64,000 nt of DNA. Origin: an uncultured delta proteobacterium (GTDB lineage Bacteria; Desulfobacterota; BSN033; UBA1163). A model generated the notes under the pieces. That model saw only the letters and a program-made list of their open reading frames with translations, made no database searches and was not told the origin of the DNA. Location: contig CAWHBU010000003.1 in NCBI GenBank assembly GCA_963827685.1, forward strand, positions 608,001 to 672,000, given 5' to 3'. Below are positions 42,100-51,813 of this stretch, one piece after another. How positions within the stretch are numbered: the first letter of the stretch is position 1; the number at the start of each line of letters is the position of its first letter. The position numbers and the translations under genes were made by a program.

Positions 42100-42776
42100 C
42101 CCTTCACCTCCTCTTCCGCAACTTCCTTATAGCCAAAGGGAGTGATGGTGGCAAAATAGAATGGCGGTCCGACTTCCTCCCCTTCAGCAGACCTTTTCTT
42201 GAGAAAGGACTTGCAGAGGGTGAGAAGTTGATCAAGGGGGAATCCGCCCTGATGCTGAACCTCCAACCTCCTCTCCATGGATAGGGATCGGGGAACAACA
42301 ATGATCTGAAAGGTCGGGATGGCTTTTATAGAAATCCTCTCTCCCTCGCTGCTAAAGAGATGGAGATGATAGGGTTGAGCACGATCCCTGAAGGAATATC
42401 CAGCTAAGATAAGATAAACCTCATTGAGAGGAGCAGCCTCTTCGGATGCCCCATCGGGTGTCGGAGGTGAGAAAGAATGCTGCATCCCCCGCTGTCCCAA
42501 CCATTTTCCATATTGATCGGTGAAAAAGGATAAAGCCATGCTGACGATATCCTCAATCGCCTCCGTTCCCTGCCTCTGAAGAAAATTCTGAAAAGCTAAA
42601 CTCATTTCCACTCCTATTCCCGCCCCAGCGCTCAACATGGCGGCGTGGGAGTTCAGCCGGAGAAGCTTCTTCAGACTGAAATGCCTCATCTCTCCTGTTT
42701 CGTCAAACCAGGTCGCCCGGCTATCGGTTGCTAACACAATTCCTTCATGGGTGGAACAAGCAATGACTTGAGTCAT
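42096..42776 (-). CDS. Proteasome-beta-like Ntn hydrolase
   Basis: M-T-QVIA...GIVLATDSR...KK...SAG...LILAG...VGPP. Confidence 0.6.
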   Translation of the reverse strand: MTQVIACSTHEGIVLATDSRATWFDETGEMRHFSLKKLLRLNSHAAMLSAGAGIGVEMSLAFQNFLQRQGTEAIEDIVSMALSFFTDQYGKWLGQRGMQHSFSPPTPDGASEEAAPLNEVYLILAGYSFRDRAQPYHLHLFSSEGERISIKAIPTFQIIVVPRSLSMERRLEVQHQGGFPLDQLLTLCKSFLKKRSAEGEEVGPPFYFATITPFGYKEVAEEEVKG

Positions 42777-42785
42777 AACCTTCCA

Positions 42786-42882
42786 TTGCGGAATGCAGAA
42801 TGCGGAATGCGGAACACGAAACCTAAATTCATATCTCTAATTTTTATTTTATTCCGAAATCCGCAATCCGAAATCCACATTT
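42786..42882. repeat. Inverted heptamer array (TGCGGAA / TTCCGCA-ATCCGAA)
   Basis: ttgcggaatgcagaatgcggaatgcggaa ... attccgaaatccgcaatccgaaatcc. Confidence 0.85.
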
Positions 42883-42885
42883 GGA

Positions 42886-44028
42886 CTACGGTTTTGCAAT
42901 CAAAGAGACTTCCTTCGATTTCTTCTCATAAGCCACTGCCAGCAGGCTAAAGATCGACTTGGTTACCAATTGAAATAGGAAGGGATTGGGTTGAATTGGA
43001 TTGAGAGGTTTTTCGAGATCCATCGCTACAGACAGGGAAATTTTTGCCTCCTCTTCTCTTCCCAGCTTGAGGAGAACATAAGCCATCTCCTCCAACCTTC
43101 GCTGATAAAGAAATTTCCTCTGTCCTGAAAAAAGGTCCATCAATGCCTTTTGATAGATCCCCTGGAATCGCACTTCCTTCTGAGCTGGGTTGAGAACGAT
43201 CTTCGACTCCTCTGCCTCCCAGACTTCATCCGCATAGGGCTGGATTTGTTCTTCCTCAATCCTCCAACCGGAAAAGATATCTGCTTTAAGAAGGTCTCCC
43301 CCCTTCCTTAACATCCGGTCGTCTCCTGCAATGGCACCGGCTTGAAGATGGGAATAGATTAATGGTTTCGCATAATCTTTCTTGATATTTTCTATCTCCC
43401 GTTTCGCACGGAGATAGTCCTGCGGAGGGTTTGGTTTCTTTTCAAGGCTTAATTGATAAGCTTGTGTGAAGAGAAAGGCAACATAAGAAGGTTCGATCTC
43501 AACAATTGGAAATGGATTTTTTTCTTTGAATTCTTCAAAGAAACTCCTGAACCCCTTCCTGGTCATCTCCTCCCGGGAGAAATCAACGATCCCCTCGCCA
43601 TCACTGACAACTCCGCGCATGACCGTTAAACCTCGCCCTGGACGAGGGACGATGAGCCACAAAAGCCGGTACCCAAGAAAATCAATCCCGCTCGCTAACC
43701 CTTCTTTGGGATCCTCCTGTAAAGGACGAAGAATGGGTTTCACTTTATCAGATAGGATCTCCTCAACAGCAATTCCTTTGCCCTTCAGTCGGTAAAGGGA
43801 TCGCTTGATGATTTTTCGAACCTTCTTGTCCCGGGTCACTTCAAACATTCGATGGAGAAGTCTGCCGATCACCCTATCGGGAATGGTGACCATTAACTCA
43901 GCCAATCTTCCGGCGGTTTGCGGGTCTTTTCCCAACAGAGGGAGGAGAGATTGAAAGATTTCCTCTTCTGATTTTCCATTTGAAATATCAGTTCTTATCT
44001 GTTCAATGAGAGTCTGAATGTCTTCCAT
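42886..44028 (-). CDS. Hypothetical helical protein
   Basis: Long ORF. Start reassigned to ATG 44028 because the extension to 44136 is MITE/REP sequence. Confidence 0.7.
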   Translation of the reverse strand: MEDIQTLIEQIRTDISNGKSEEEIFQSLLPLLGKDPQTAGRLAELMVTIPDRVIGRLLHRMFEVTRDKKVRKIIKRSLYRLKGKGIAVEEILSDKVKPILRPLQEDPKEGLASGIDFLGYRLLWLIVPRPGRGLTVMRGVVSDGEGIVDFSREEMTRKGFRSFFEEFKEKNPFPIVEIEPSYVAFLFTQAYQLSLEKKPNPPQDYLRAKREIENIKKDYAKPLIYSHLQAGAIAGDDRMLRKGGDLLKADIFSGWRIEEEQIQPYADEVWEAEESKIVLNPAQKEVRFQGIYQKALMDLFSGQRKFLYQRRLEEMAYVLLKLGREEEAKISLSVAMDLEKPLNPIQPNPFLFQLVTKSIFSLLAVAYEKKSKEVSLIAKP

Positions 44029-44075
44029 TTTACCTCTGTACTTTTTCCGCAAACAAAAAATCCCCTCTCCCCCAG

Positions 44076-44362
44076 GAGACTGTGTCGCAATGGTGACTAC
44101 GCAAAAAGATGAATCCTCCCATGTGAGAGAATGCAAGATTGATGGGGGACAGGCGACTGGCTGAGGAAGCTTTAGACCTGCCTGCGCGAAGCCGCTTCGG
44201 CGAAGGCAGGGCGGAACTTTGATCGTGTAAATTCATACGCAAATACTTCATGAAGACATCATTTCTGATGACAAGAATGATTGACCATGCCTTTCAAAAA
44301 TCCGCAATTCTAAAGCTTCCGAAGCTGGTCACCTGCCCCCACCGCGATTGCGACTCAGTCTC
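44076..44362. mobile_element. MITE copy 2 (287 bp, inverted relative to copy 1) with a nested 34-bp palindrome, inside a REP loop
   Basis: TIRs GAGACTGTGTCGCAAT / ATTGCGACTCAGTCTC; insert at 44177-44210. Confidence 0.85.
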
Positions 44363-45316
44363 TCAAGGGGGAGGGATTAGATGGGGTGCTGCGCCAATGA
44401 CTGTAAATCGAATAGTCAAGAGCATGGTCATGGAAAGATTCACAAAAAAGGTATTTCGACAGATGAGTTCAAGTTTTTGCGTATTGTGATAATTCCCTTT
44501 CCAGACGTGGGCAAGATTCCATAGGATAAGAAACGTTGGAACTCCCGAAAGAGCAAGGAGCCAGAGTGGAGTATGCCCCAAACCCCACATCATTTTGATA
44601 AAGGAGAATCCCGTCAATATGGAGAACCCGATGTAGAGATCTCCCATCCTCTCTTTCCCAAACCGGACGACGAGGTTCTTTTTTCCAACGGCCCGATCTG
44701 CTTCTTCATCAGGAAACTCGTTGATTAAGATCACATTGAAGATGGAAAGCCCAACAGGGATTGAGAGCAGTAAGATCTGTGGACTGAAGAATCCCGTGAA
44801 GAGAAAAAAACCAGTGGCAATAGGCAACCATCCATAACAGAAACCAATGAGAATCTCTCCTAAACCATGATAGGACCATCGAATCGGTTTGCTTGAATAA
44901 AAAAATCCAAAAAAGATGCCCAGACCTCCTAGCAAAAGGGTTCGAAGATCGGTCTGATATTGGAGATAGATATAGATACCAATGAGGATCGCTCCTGCCA
45001 GACATCCATATCCCAAAAGAAGTGACACCCAGGCGGGAAGGATCTCTGTGACCAAAACCCTCGATCCCCCTGAAAACCGGTTAAAATTATGATTGATACG
45101 ATCCCCTTCCAGATCGTTCCATTCCCCCAGGTAATAGGTCATCCACATGATGAGGATGGCCGCCGCTGTAGAAAGCAGATAGAGTCCGAAGGGTCCTCTG
45201 TAACCCCAGCGCCATGCCAAGATAAATCCTAATATCAATGGGAGAATGCCCACGGAAAGAAAAGGAATCCGTGAGAGCCTCCACCAGGCTAATAGATAAG
45301 AACCCAATTTCTTCAA
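44363..45316 (-). CDS. menA: UbiA-family prenyltransferase (MenA-like)
   Basis: FSGGSRVL, GLGE, INEFPDEEADRAVGKKNLVVRFG. Confidence 0.8.
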   Translation of the reverse strand: MKKLGSYLLAWWRLSRIPFLSVGILPLILGFILAWRWGYRGPFGLYLLSTAAAILIMWMTYYLGEWNDLEGDRINHNFNRFSGGSRVLVTEILPAWVSLLLGYGCLAGAILIGIYIYLQYQTDLRTLLLGGLGIFFGFFYSSKPIRWSYHGLGEILIGFCYGWLPIATGFFLFTGFFSPQILLLSIPVGLSIFNVILINEFPDEEADRAVGKKNLVVRFGKERMGDLYIGFSILTGFSFIKMMWGLGHTPLWLLALSGVPTFLILWNLAHVWKGNYHNTQKLELICRNTFFVNLSMTMLLTIRFTVIGAAPHLIPPP

Positions 45317-45338
45317 TATGATCCCTTCTCTTACAATC

Positions 45339-45369
45339 AGTAGGCAGAAGGCAGTATGCAGAAAGCAGC
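45339..45369. repeat. Heptamer array, left arm (AGGCAGA/T)
   Basis: agtaggcagaaggcagtatgcagaaagcagc. Confidence 0.8.
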
Positions 45370-45370
45370 A

Positions 45371-45742
45371 TTATAAGATTTCAAATTTCTCCGGGGTTGA
45401 CATCATACTACCTAACATCTTGCCGATTTCTTCATATCCTTTTGCAAGTTTTTCATAAGATTCTCGTGACAAATAACCACAATCTAAAGAAAAATCAAGC
45501 CAAACCTGCGTCTCGGTTGCCTCTGCGTCAGAATCAGATAATTTATTAACAAACATATTACGATAACGTCTTTTCCGAAAGGCTTCTGCAATATTTGTGG
45601 CCACACTTCGTGACGAACGACGTATTTGATCGGTTAAGGAGTATCTTTCTTCTATAGGAAATGTTTTAGACTCATTGAATATTTCCATCGCCAATTTATA
45701 AGCCAACTGATATACCTTTAAATCCTTATGGCCTTGTAGCAT
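45371..45742 (-). CDS. Four-helix-bundle protein (23S rRNA IVS protein / TIGR02436, Avd-like)
   Basis: DLKVYQLA...FP.EERYSLTDQIRRSSRSVATNIAEA...EATETQVWL. Confidence 0.92.
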   Translation of the reverse strand: MLQGHKDLKVYQLAYKLAMEIFNESKTFPIEERYSLTDQIRRSSRSVATNIAEAFRKRRYRNMFVNKLSDSDAEATETQVWLDFSLDCGYLSRESYEKLAKGYEEIGKMLGSMMSTPEKFEIL

Positions 45743-45776
45743 TTCCCCTCCATTCTGCCATCCCCCTTCTATTTTT

Positions 45777-48700
45777 TTACCGCCTACTGCCTACTGCTTT
45801 CTGCCTTCTGCCTTCTATTTTATCGCACCACTCTCTCGCATTTTGAAACATTTGAATCCATGGGGATTCCTTGACCCCATCGTTCAGATAACCAGGTAGC
45901 CATGCCCATTGCCATTTCAGAAACGATCGCTCCGGATGCGGCATCATGGCCAGATGTCGTCCATCGGGCGAACAAAGTCCCGTCATGCCGAGAGGTGATC
46001 CGTTCGGATTAAAAGGATAGCTTTTTGAAATCTTCCCGTCCGCCCGGCCCTCATCGTCCACGAAGACCACCGGAACAAGTTTTTGGTTGATCACCTCGTC
46101 CATCAGTGTTGGGTCTGGGAAGTAAAGCTTGCCTTCTCCGTGAGCTACCCAAATCCCGAGTGTCGAATCGGCCATGCCTTTGAACATGATCGCCGGACTT
46201 TCTAAAATCTTAACGGTCACCCAGCGAGATTCAAAACGCCCGGACACATTCTGAACGAACCTGGGTTGCCTGTTGTCAGAGATCCCCAACCAGGGAACCC
46301 ATCCGAGGAGCGCGAAGAGTTGGCAACCGTTGCACACACCCAAAGAAAATGTATCGGGCCGATGATAAAAATCGTCAAACGTTTTTCTCAGCCTTTCATT
46401 AAATCTGATCGCTGCCGCCCACCCTTTGGCGCTTTCCGGAACATCGGCGTAAGAGAATCCCCCCACAGCAACCAGTCCTCTGAAACGGTCCAACGTCATT
46501 CGCCCACTGATCAGATCGGTCATCGTCACGTCCCACGGGCTGAAACCCGCCTGATAAAAGGCAGAGGTCATCTCGCGGTCACCATTGCTTCCCTCCTCCC
46601 GGAGAATGGCAACTTCCGGTTTGTCTTTGACTTCGAGAAGATGTGCCGGTGTCGGTTTAGTTTTAAAGGGAATGATATAGCTTGGACCTTTGCGGTCGAA
46701 GATATTCTTTCGCTCCTCATCGGCACATTGGGAGTTCATTTGAAGACGCTCGATTTGATAGGATGTTTCTTCCCACCATCCGCGGAGAACACACATGCTC
46801 GATTCAAGAACCTTCTGCGAATTGTGGGTTACAAGAATCTTCTTCTCTTCTGTTGTCTCCCCGATCACGGTCGAGGGGAGGCGAAAAGAATCAAGAATTC
46901 CCAAGACCTTACGAACGTCACTCACACGGCACTCGATGACGGCCCCTAACTCTTCAGCAAAAAGTCTTTCGATGGGGCTCCACGGACCCTCCGTTCGGAT
47001 TCTCAAACCACAGTTTCCGGCAAAGGCCATTTCGAGAAACGTCGTGATGATGCCTCCATCGCTGATGTCGTGTCCTGCGAGAATTAAATTCTCCGATATT
47101 AACTTTTGGATGGCATGGAATACACGTTTAAGCATTTCGGGATCATCCACGTCAGGAGATTCGTTTCCGACTTGCCCGTAAACCTGCGCTAGAGCCGAAC
47201 CTCCGAGCCGGGCCTTTTGCTTGGCCATTTCAATGAAGATGAGCTGGCTGTGCCCTGGGTTTTTGATATCAGGAGTGACCACCTTCGTGATATCGGGCAT
47301 TGTCGCGTAAACAGAAATAACAAGCTCACGGGGAGATTTTACCACTTCATCTCCCACGCGAGTCGCCATGGAAAGACTATCTTTTCCGCCGTCCACCGCA
47401 ATCCCCAACTGGATCATGAGATCCCGCATCGCGCAAACCGCATCGTAAAGGGCCGCCCCTTCGCCGGGAAGTTTCGGTGCCCACATCCAGTTGGCCGAGC
47501 ACTTGATGTCTTGCAAGCGATTGATTTGGGCCCACACGATATTGGTCAGCGCCTCTCCAACGGCCATCCGGGCACCCGCCTTTGGATTGACAAGCATCTT
47601 GATCGGTTGCTCGCCAACCGAAGTGGCTGCTCCCGTTAAACCGAAATGGCTCTGAGCGATCACAGCCACATCGCCAACCGTGAGTTGATGCGGACCACAA
47701 CATTGCTGTCGCGCAATCAAACCGGTAACACTTCGATCCACCTTATTGGTAAGGAATCTCTTTGAACCGACGGCCAGGTTGCGAAGCACACGGGACAACG
47801 CCTCTTCCACTGACAAACCGTCCGGCAATTGAAGAGGTGTGAGTGAAGATTCCATCCTCTCATCCTTGAACGTTTTCTGGGGCATGTTGCCCAGAACCTT
47901 CGCAAGATTGAGATTGACAGGCGTTGAATCATCTTTCTCATCGTGCACAACGAAGCGACTATCTCCTGTCACTCCTCCGAGGATTTCGCAATTGACTTTT
48001 TCCCTTTCGCAGATGGATTTGAATTCCTCCATTCTCTCAGGGTCAATCAAGAAACCGCATCGCTCCTGGTATTCGGCAATCCAAATCTTGAGTGCCGATA
48101 AGGTCGGATCGCCAAGTTTTATACGCCTCAGCTCGATTTTGCCTCCGGCTTTTTCGACAAGCTCCTTAAGAACATTGGCAGGTCCGCCAGCTCCTTGATC
48201 GTGGACACTGACAATAGGATTGTTTTCTCTCATTTCAATGCAAGCCCGGATCACGCGGTTCATCTTTTGTTCCATCTCCGCATCGCCGCGCTGGACAGCA
48301 TTGAAATCGAGCTCTTCTTCATTCTCCCCTTGAAGCTTACTGGAAGCCGAACCCCCTCCAACACCAATGCCATAAGCGGGGCCACCTACTTGAACAATCA
48401 GCATCCCTTTTTTTGCCTCATCCTTCTCAACATGTCTGGCATCGATTTGTCCGATGCCGCCTGTGAACATAATCGGCTTGATCCATCCCCAACGTTCGCC
48501 ACTGGGAAGCTTTTGGTCGAAAGACCTTGTAAAACCAACAATAACGGGCTCGCCGAACTTATTGCCATAATCGCTGGCCCCGTCGCTTGCCCTGATTTCA
48601 ATGGTGAGAGGAGAAGCCAGACTCGATAGATATACAGAACTCTTATCTTCCCAAGGCAGATCGTAGCCGGGGATAAGTAAGTTAGCTACACAGTACGCTG

Positions 48701-49628
48701 CTGTTCCCGCAACCACCAGACCCCCTTTTCCCGTCGCCTGGACATCGCGAATCCGTCCGCCCGTGCCTGTTTCAGCACCGGGGAAAGGAGCCACTCCGGT
48801 GGGAAAATTGTGCGTCTCCGCAGTAAAAATGATATGGTACTGTACCTTCTGCTTCTTGAAAGACGCTGGTTTCCCGGGTTGTTCGGGGAGAATCGTCCAG
48901 CAGTCATATCCTTTAATACCGCTCGAATTGTCCTTGAACGCGATGATGCTGTTTGATGGATTCGCTTTTAAAGTCGACTTGACGATATCCATAAGCGTTT
49001 CTGGCATCACGACACCGTCGATCATCTGCTTCCCTTTGAAATAGCCGTGCCGCGAGTGCTCGCTGTTGGCGTTATCCAGATCCCTTATCTCAACGATCGT
49101 AGGATTTCTTCCTTCTTCCTTGACAAAGTAATGATAGTAGAGATTTCTGTCCCACTCATCCATTGCAAGACCCGGTATTTCCAAAAGAGCGTTCGGGCCC
49201 TTTTCTAACATAGGAATCTCAAAAACAGGCTCCGGCAGGATTCCGGTTTCGAAAGTCTTCAAAGGTTGATCGTACAAGCATTCAGTCATTCGATCATGAT
49301 GTTCCCGAATAAAGCGGCCCATATCCACCTCTGGCGAAAGGAGATATCGCCGGGAACGTTCGATGCGAGTCACCTTTTCGAGCCCGCAGGTTTGGCAAAT
49401 GGCGACGATATTTGTTGAATAGGCTGTCGCAAAATTCATTCGCGGACCCAGTTCCACCACATCGCGTCCCTCAGGGTTGATCGGATTCGCAGATAGAGTT
49501 TCCGATACAAAGCCGTCGGCCAAGAGCTGCCTTAAAATCGAAAGCTCATTAGAATTCAAAGGGGCGGACGTGTCTACATTGAAGCAGTATTGCAGTGTCC
49601 CATTTCTGCGCAAGAAAAAGTGCAACAT
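45777..49628 (-). CDS. purL: Phosphoribosylformylglycinamidine synthase, large single-chain type
   Basis: NSEHSRH, ETHNFP, HDQGAGG, GGKDSLS, LGVCNGCQ, MMPHPER. Confidence 0.95.
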   Translation of the reverse strand: MLHFFLRRNGTLQYCFNVDTSAPLNSNELSILRQLLADGFVSETLSANPINPEGRDVVELGPRMNFATAYSTNIVAICQTCGLEKVTRIERSRRYLLSPEVDMGRFIREHHDRMTECLYDQPLKTFETGILPEPVFEIPMLEKGPNALLEIPGLAMDEWDRNLYYHYFVKEEGRNPTIVEIRDLDNANSEHSRHGYFKGKQMIDGVVMPETLMDIVKSTLKANPSNSIIAFKDNSSGIKGYDCWTILPEQPGKPASFKKQKVQYHIIFTAETHNFPTGVAPFPGAETGTGGRIRDVQATGKGGLVVAGTAAYCVANLLIPGYDLPWEDKSSVYLSSLASPLTIEIRASDGASDYGNKFGEPVIVGFTRSFDQKLPSGERWGWIKPIMFTGGIGQIDARHVEKDEAKKGMLIVQVGGPAYGIGVGGGSASSKLQGENEEELDFNAVQRGDAEMEQKMNRVIRACIEMRENNPIVSVHDQGAGGPANVLKELVEKAGGKIELRRIKLGDPTLSALKIWIAEYQERCGFLIDPERMEEFKSICEREKVNCEILGGVTGDSRFVVHDEKDDSTPVNLNLAKVLGNMPQKTFKDERMESSLTPLQLPDGLSVEEALSRVLRNLAVGSKRFLTNKVDRSVTGLIARQQCCGPHQLTVGDVAVIAQSHFGLTGAATSVGEQPIKMLVNPKAGARMAVGEALTNIVWAQINRLQDIKCSANWMWAPKLPGEGAALYDAVCAMRDLMIQLGIAVDGGKDSLSMATRVGDEVVKSPRELVISVYATMPDITKVVTPDIKNPGHSQLIFIEMAKQKARLGGSALAQVYGQVGNESPDVDDPEMLKRVFHAIQKLISENLILAGHDISDGGIITTFLEMAFAGNCGLRIRTEGPWSPIERLFAEELGAVIECRVSDVRKVLGILDSFRLPSTVIGETTEEKKILVTHNSQKVLESSMCVLRGWWEETSYQIERLQMNSQCADEERKNIFDRKGPSYIIPFKTKPTPAHLLEVKDKPEVAILREEGSNGDREMTSAFYQAGFSPWDVTMTDLISGRMTLDRFRGLVAVGGFSYADVPESAKGWAAAIRFNERLRKTFDDFYHRPDTFSLGVCNGCQLFALLGWVPWLGISDNRQPRFVQNVSGRFESRWVTVKILESPAIMFKGMADSTLGIWVAHGEGKLYFPDPTLMDEVINQKLVPVVFVDDEGRADGKISKSYPFNPNGSPLGMTGLCSPDGRHLAMMPHPERSFLKWQWAWLPGYLNDGVKESPWIQMFQNAREWCDKIEGRRQKAVGSRR
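45781..45816. repeat. Heptamer array, right arm (CTGCCTA/T), inverted relative to the left arm
   Basis: cgcctactgcctactgctttctgccttctgccttct. Confidence 0.8.
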
Positions 49629-49642
49629 CCCTGTCCTCCTTC

Positions 49643-50308
49643 TTAGTAAAAAAGTCTTTTAGGCGTACCGCTTTTGTAAAAGACCTGCCCATCTTTGAGG
49701 TAAATATGCCGATGGACGACCAGGTTCAAAATATGGCTTTGCCAAGCGCGTTCTTTTTCGTTAACTCTTTTGGCCAGTGTCTCGGCATCATCATCAGGTC
49801 TGATCAGTACCGGCATTTGGAAGATAATGGGACCATTATCATAGCCGACGTCGTCAACAAAATGCATCGTCACTGCGCTCTGAATTATTTCACCGCGATG
49901 ATAAGCTGCCATGACGGCTTCGTGTACATAATGCCCGTACATCCCTGTTCCTCCAAACCGTGGCAGTGGTCCCGGATGTATGTTGACTGTTTTCGCAGGG
50001 TCGAGTCCTCTTACAAACTTCAACCACCCGGAGCACATGACAAAGTCGGGCTGGTATTTGTCAACGAATGCCCGGTAACCTTTGGCATCAAAGGGTCCGG
50101 ACCAATACTCAAAAGGAATATGAAGGGCGTCCGCTCTCCTACGTACTCCCCCATTTTGATGGTTAGAAATGACTCCGATGATTTGAGCGTCAAGGACCGG
50201 CGGATTGGTTCGGGAAAACTCGACCAATTCTTGAAAACCAGAGCCTCCACCTTTGGGATCGCCACTCGCAAAAACTAAAACCCTGACGGCTCCGCCGTTT
50301 GACTCCAT
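49643..50308 (-). CDS. purN: Phosphoribosylglycinamide formyltransferase
   Basis: FASG..GGGSG, NIHPGPLPRFGG.GMYG, HFVD...YDNGPI. Start likely ATG 50308 after AGGAG. Confidence 0.88.
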   Translation of the reverse strand: MESNGGAVRVLVFASGDPKGGGSGFQELVEFSRTNPPVLDAQIIGVISNHQNGGVRRRADALHIPFEYWSGPFDAKGYRAFVDKYQPDFVMCSGWLKFVRGLDPAKTVNIHPGPLPRFGGTGMYGHYVHEAVMAAYHRGEIIQSAVTMHFVDDVGYDNGPIIFQMPVLIRPDDDAETLAKRVNEKERAWQSHILNLVVHRHIYLKDGQVFYKSGTPKRLFY

Positions 50309-50534
50309 CTCTATCTCCTGATTTAGGAATTTGGATTTTATTACCGTCACACCTGAAAACCCCATTCTGTGGACGGGGTTCTTTATTACTATCAACTCAC
50401 CTTTCTGATGTTTCAAGAATAAGAGGACTGACTCCCCATCTTCATATGCAGAGTAAATCATTTGTAAAAAAAGTCAATAAGGAAAATCCGGCTTGTCCTC
50501 CCCCACCTTTTCATTTTCTACTCCGGCGGTTTGG

Positions 50535-51641
50535 TCAACGAACTCCCAGGGTCGAACCAAGATACTCAAGGCCCAACGGATGAATGGTGACTCTCTTAAC
50601 CTTACTGGACTCAATAGTGCCAGCTCGTGAAGCGAACATACCATGGGAACGAGCAATGGGTAGTATTTTTGCCACATCGTATTCTCGCACATAAAGTGCG
50701 AATCCGGCTCCCATGTTCAGGTTTGCGTAAGCCTCCTGATCATCCACCGGCCCATACTCTTGAATCACGGAGAAAACAGGCTGCGGGACGGGAATATGGT
50801 CGATAATGTACGCGAATGGCTGTGTTGCCCGCATCAACTTACGCCAACCATGGCCTGTAATATTCACAGCGTAATGAATATCTACGCCTTCATGAAAGCA
50901 ATCCTCAACCAAGGGAACATAGATCATCGTGGGGTCAAGCAACGCCTCGCCGTACATTCGTCCGTCGCTGAGCTTCGTCAGATAACCCTCTGGCAACTTT
51001 TCGGCGATCTCTCGCGCAAGCGTAAGCCCATTGGCGTGAATGCCGGAACTACTGATGATGACAATCGCATCCCCGTGTTGAATGTTTGCCGCATTAATAA
51101 GGCGGCTCTTGGGTTTCACGACTCCGACAGCCGAGCCGCTCAGAACGACTGCATCTGGATGAACCACGTCCTTTAAAGTTGGCGTTTCCCCGCCGCCCCA
51201 TGCACAACGCGCCAATTCACAGGCCTTTTTCCACCCATGGATAAGATCCCCACAACGTTTTTCATCGCTGAACCAGCTGGAAACACCAACGGCCAGATGC
51301 ATGGCGACTGAAAGCGGTAATGCACCAAGCGTGACCATGTCATTAACAATCATGGCAACGGTACACTGCGCTATACGATCATAGTAAGACTCCCCGGTTA
51401 ACCTATACATCGCGTCCGCCACCAGATCTTTGGTACCCAAACCCTCTTCCACATGCGCCACATAGTGATCCCCGGCATCCATGAGATAGGCGCTTTCTCC
51501 CCTGCTCATCTCCACTTCAGAAAAACCGAGGCGCAAGATGTGTGTGGCCGTTTCTCGCCCGGCCATCTGCGCAAGCCGCTTAAACGGGTCCATGGCCTCA
51601 TAGTCGACACCGACGCCTGCATAAGTCATCTTCTCGGTCAT
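50535..51641 (-). CDS. purM: Phosphoribosylformylglycinamidine cyclo-ligase (AIR synthase)
   Basis: TYAGVGVD, EGLGTK, VNDM, GGET, SSGIHANG, NITGHG, NMGAG. Confidence 0.9.
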   Translation of the reverse strand: MTEKMTYAGVGVDYEAMDPFKRLAQMAGRETATHILRLGFSEVEMSRGESAYLMDAGDHYVAHVEEGLGTKDLVADAMYRLTGESYYDRIAQCTVAMIVNDMVTLGALPLSVAMHLAVGVSSWFSDEKRCGDLIHGWKKACELARCAWGGGETPTLKDVVHPDAVVLSGSAVGVVKPKSRLINAANIQHGDAIVIISSSGIHANGLTLAREIAEKLPEGYLTKLSDGRMYGEALLDPTMIYVPLVEDCFHEGVDIHYAVNITGHGWRKLMRATQPFAYIIDHIPVPQPVFSVIQEYGPVDDQEAYANLNMGAGFALYVREYDVAKILPIARSHGMFASRAGTIESSKVKRVTIHPLGLEYLGSTLGVR

Positions 51642-51813
51642 AGCTCTTGGTCCTCCGTCATAAGTGCATAAAATGTATCGTAGATAATGATGAATATTTT
51701 GAACTACGTCCGATGGGTCGGAATGCTGCGATGGCGATAAAAAAGGAGGAACGCATTAAGGAAAATTGACAATTGGGACAACCTCCCCATGATTCATCAA
51801 TAGACGCATGACC

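Noticed and set aside
45371-45742. Diversity-generating retroelement suggested by the Avd-like fold
   Set aside because: No reverse transcriptase or TR/VR pair is visible in the window.
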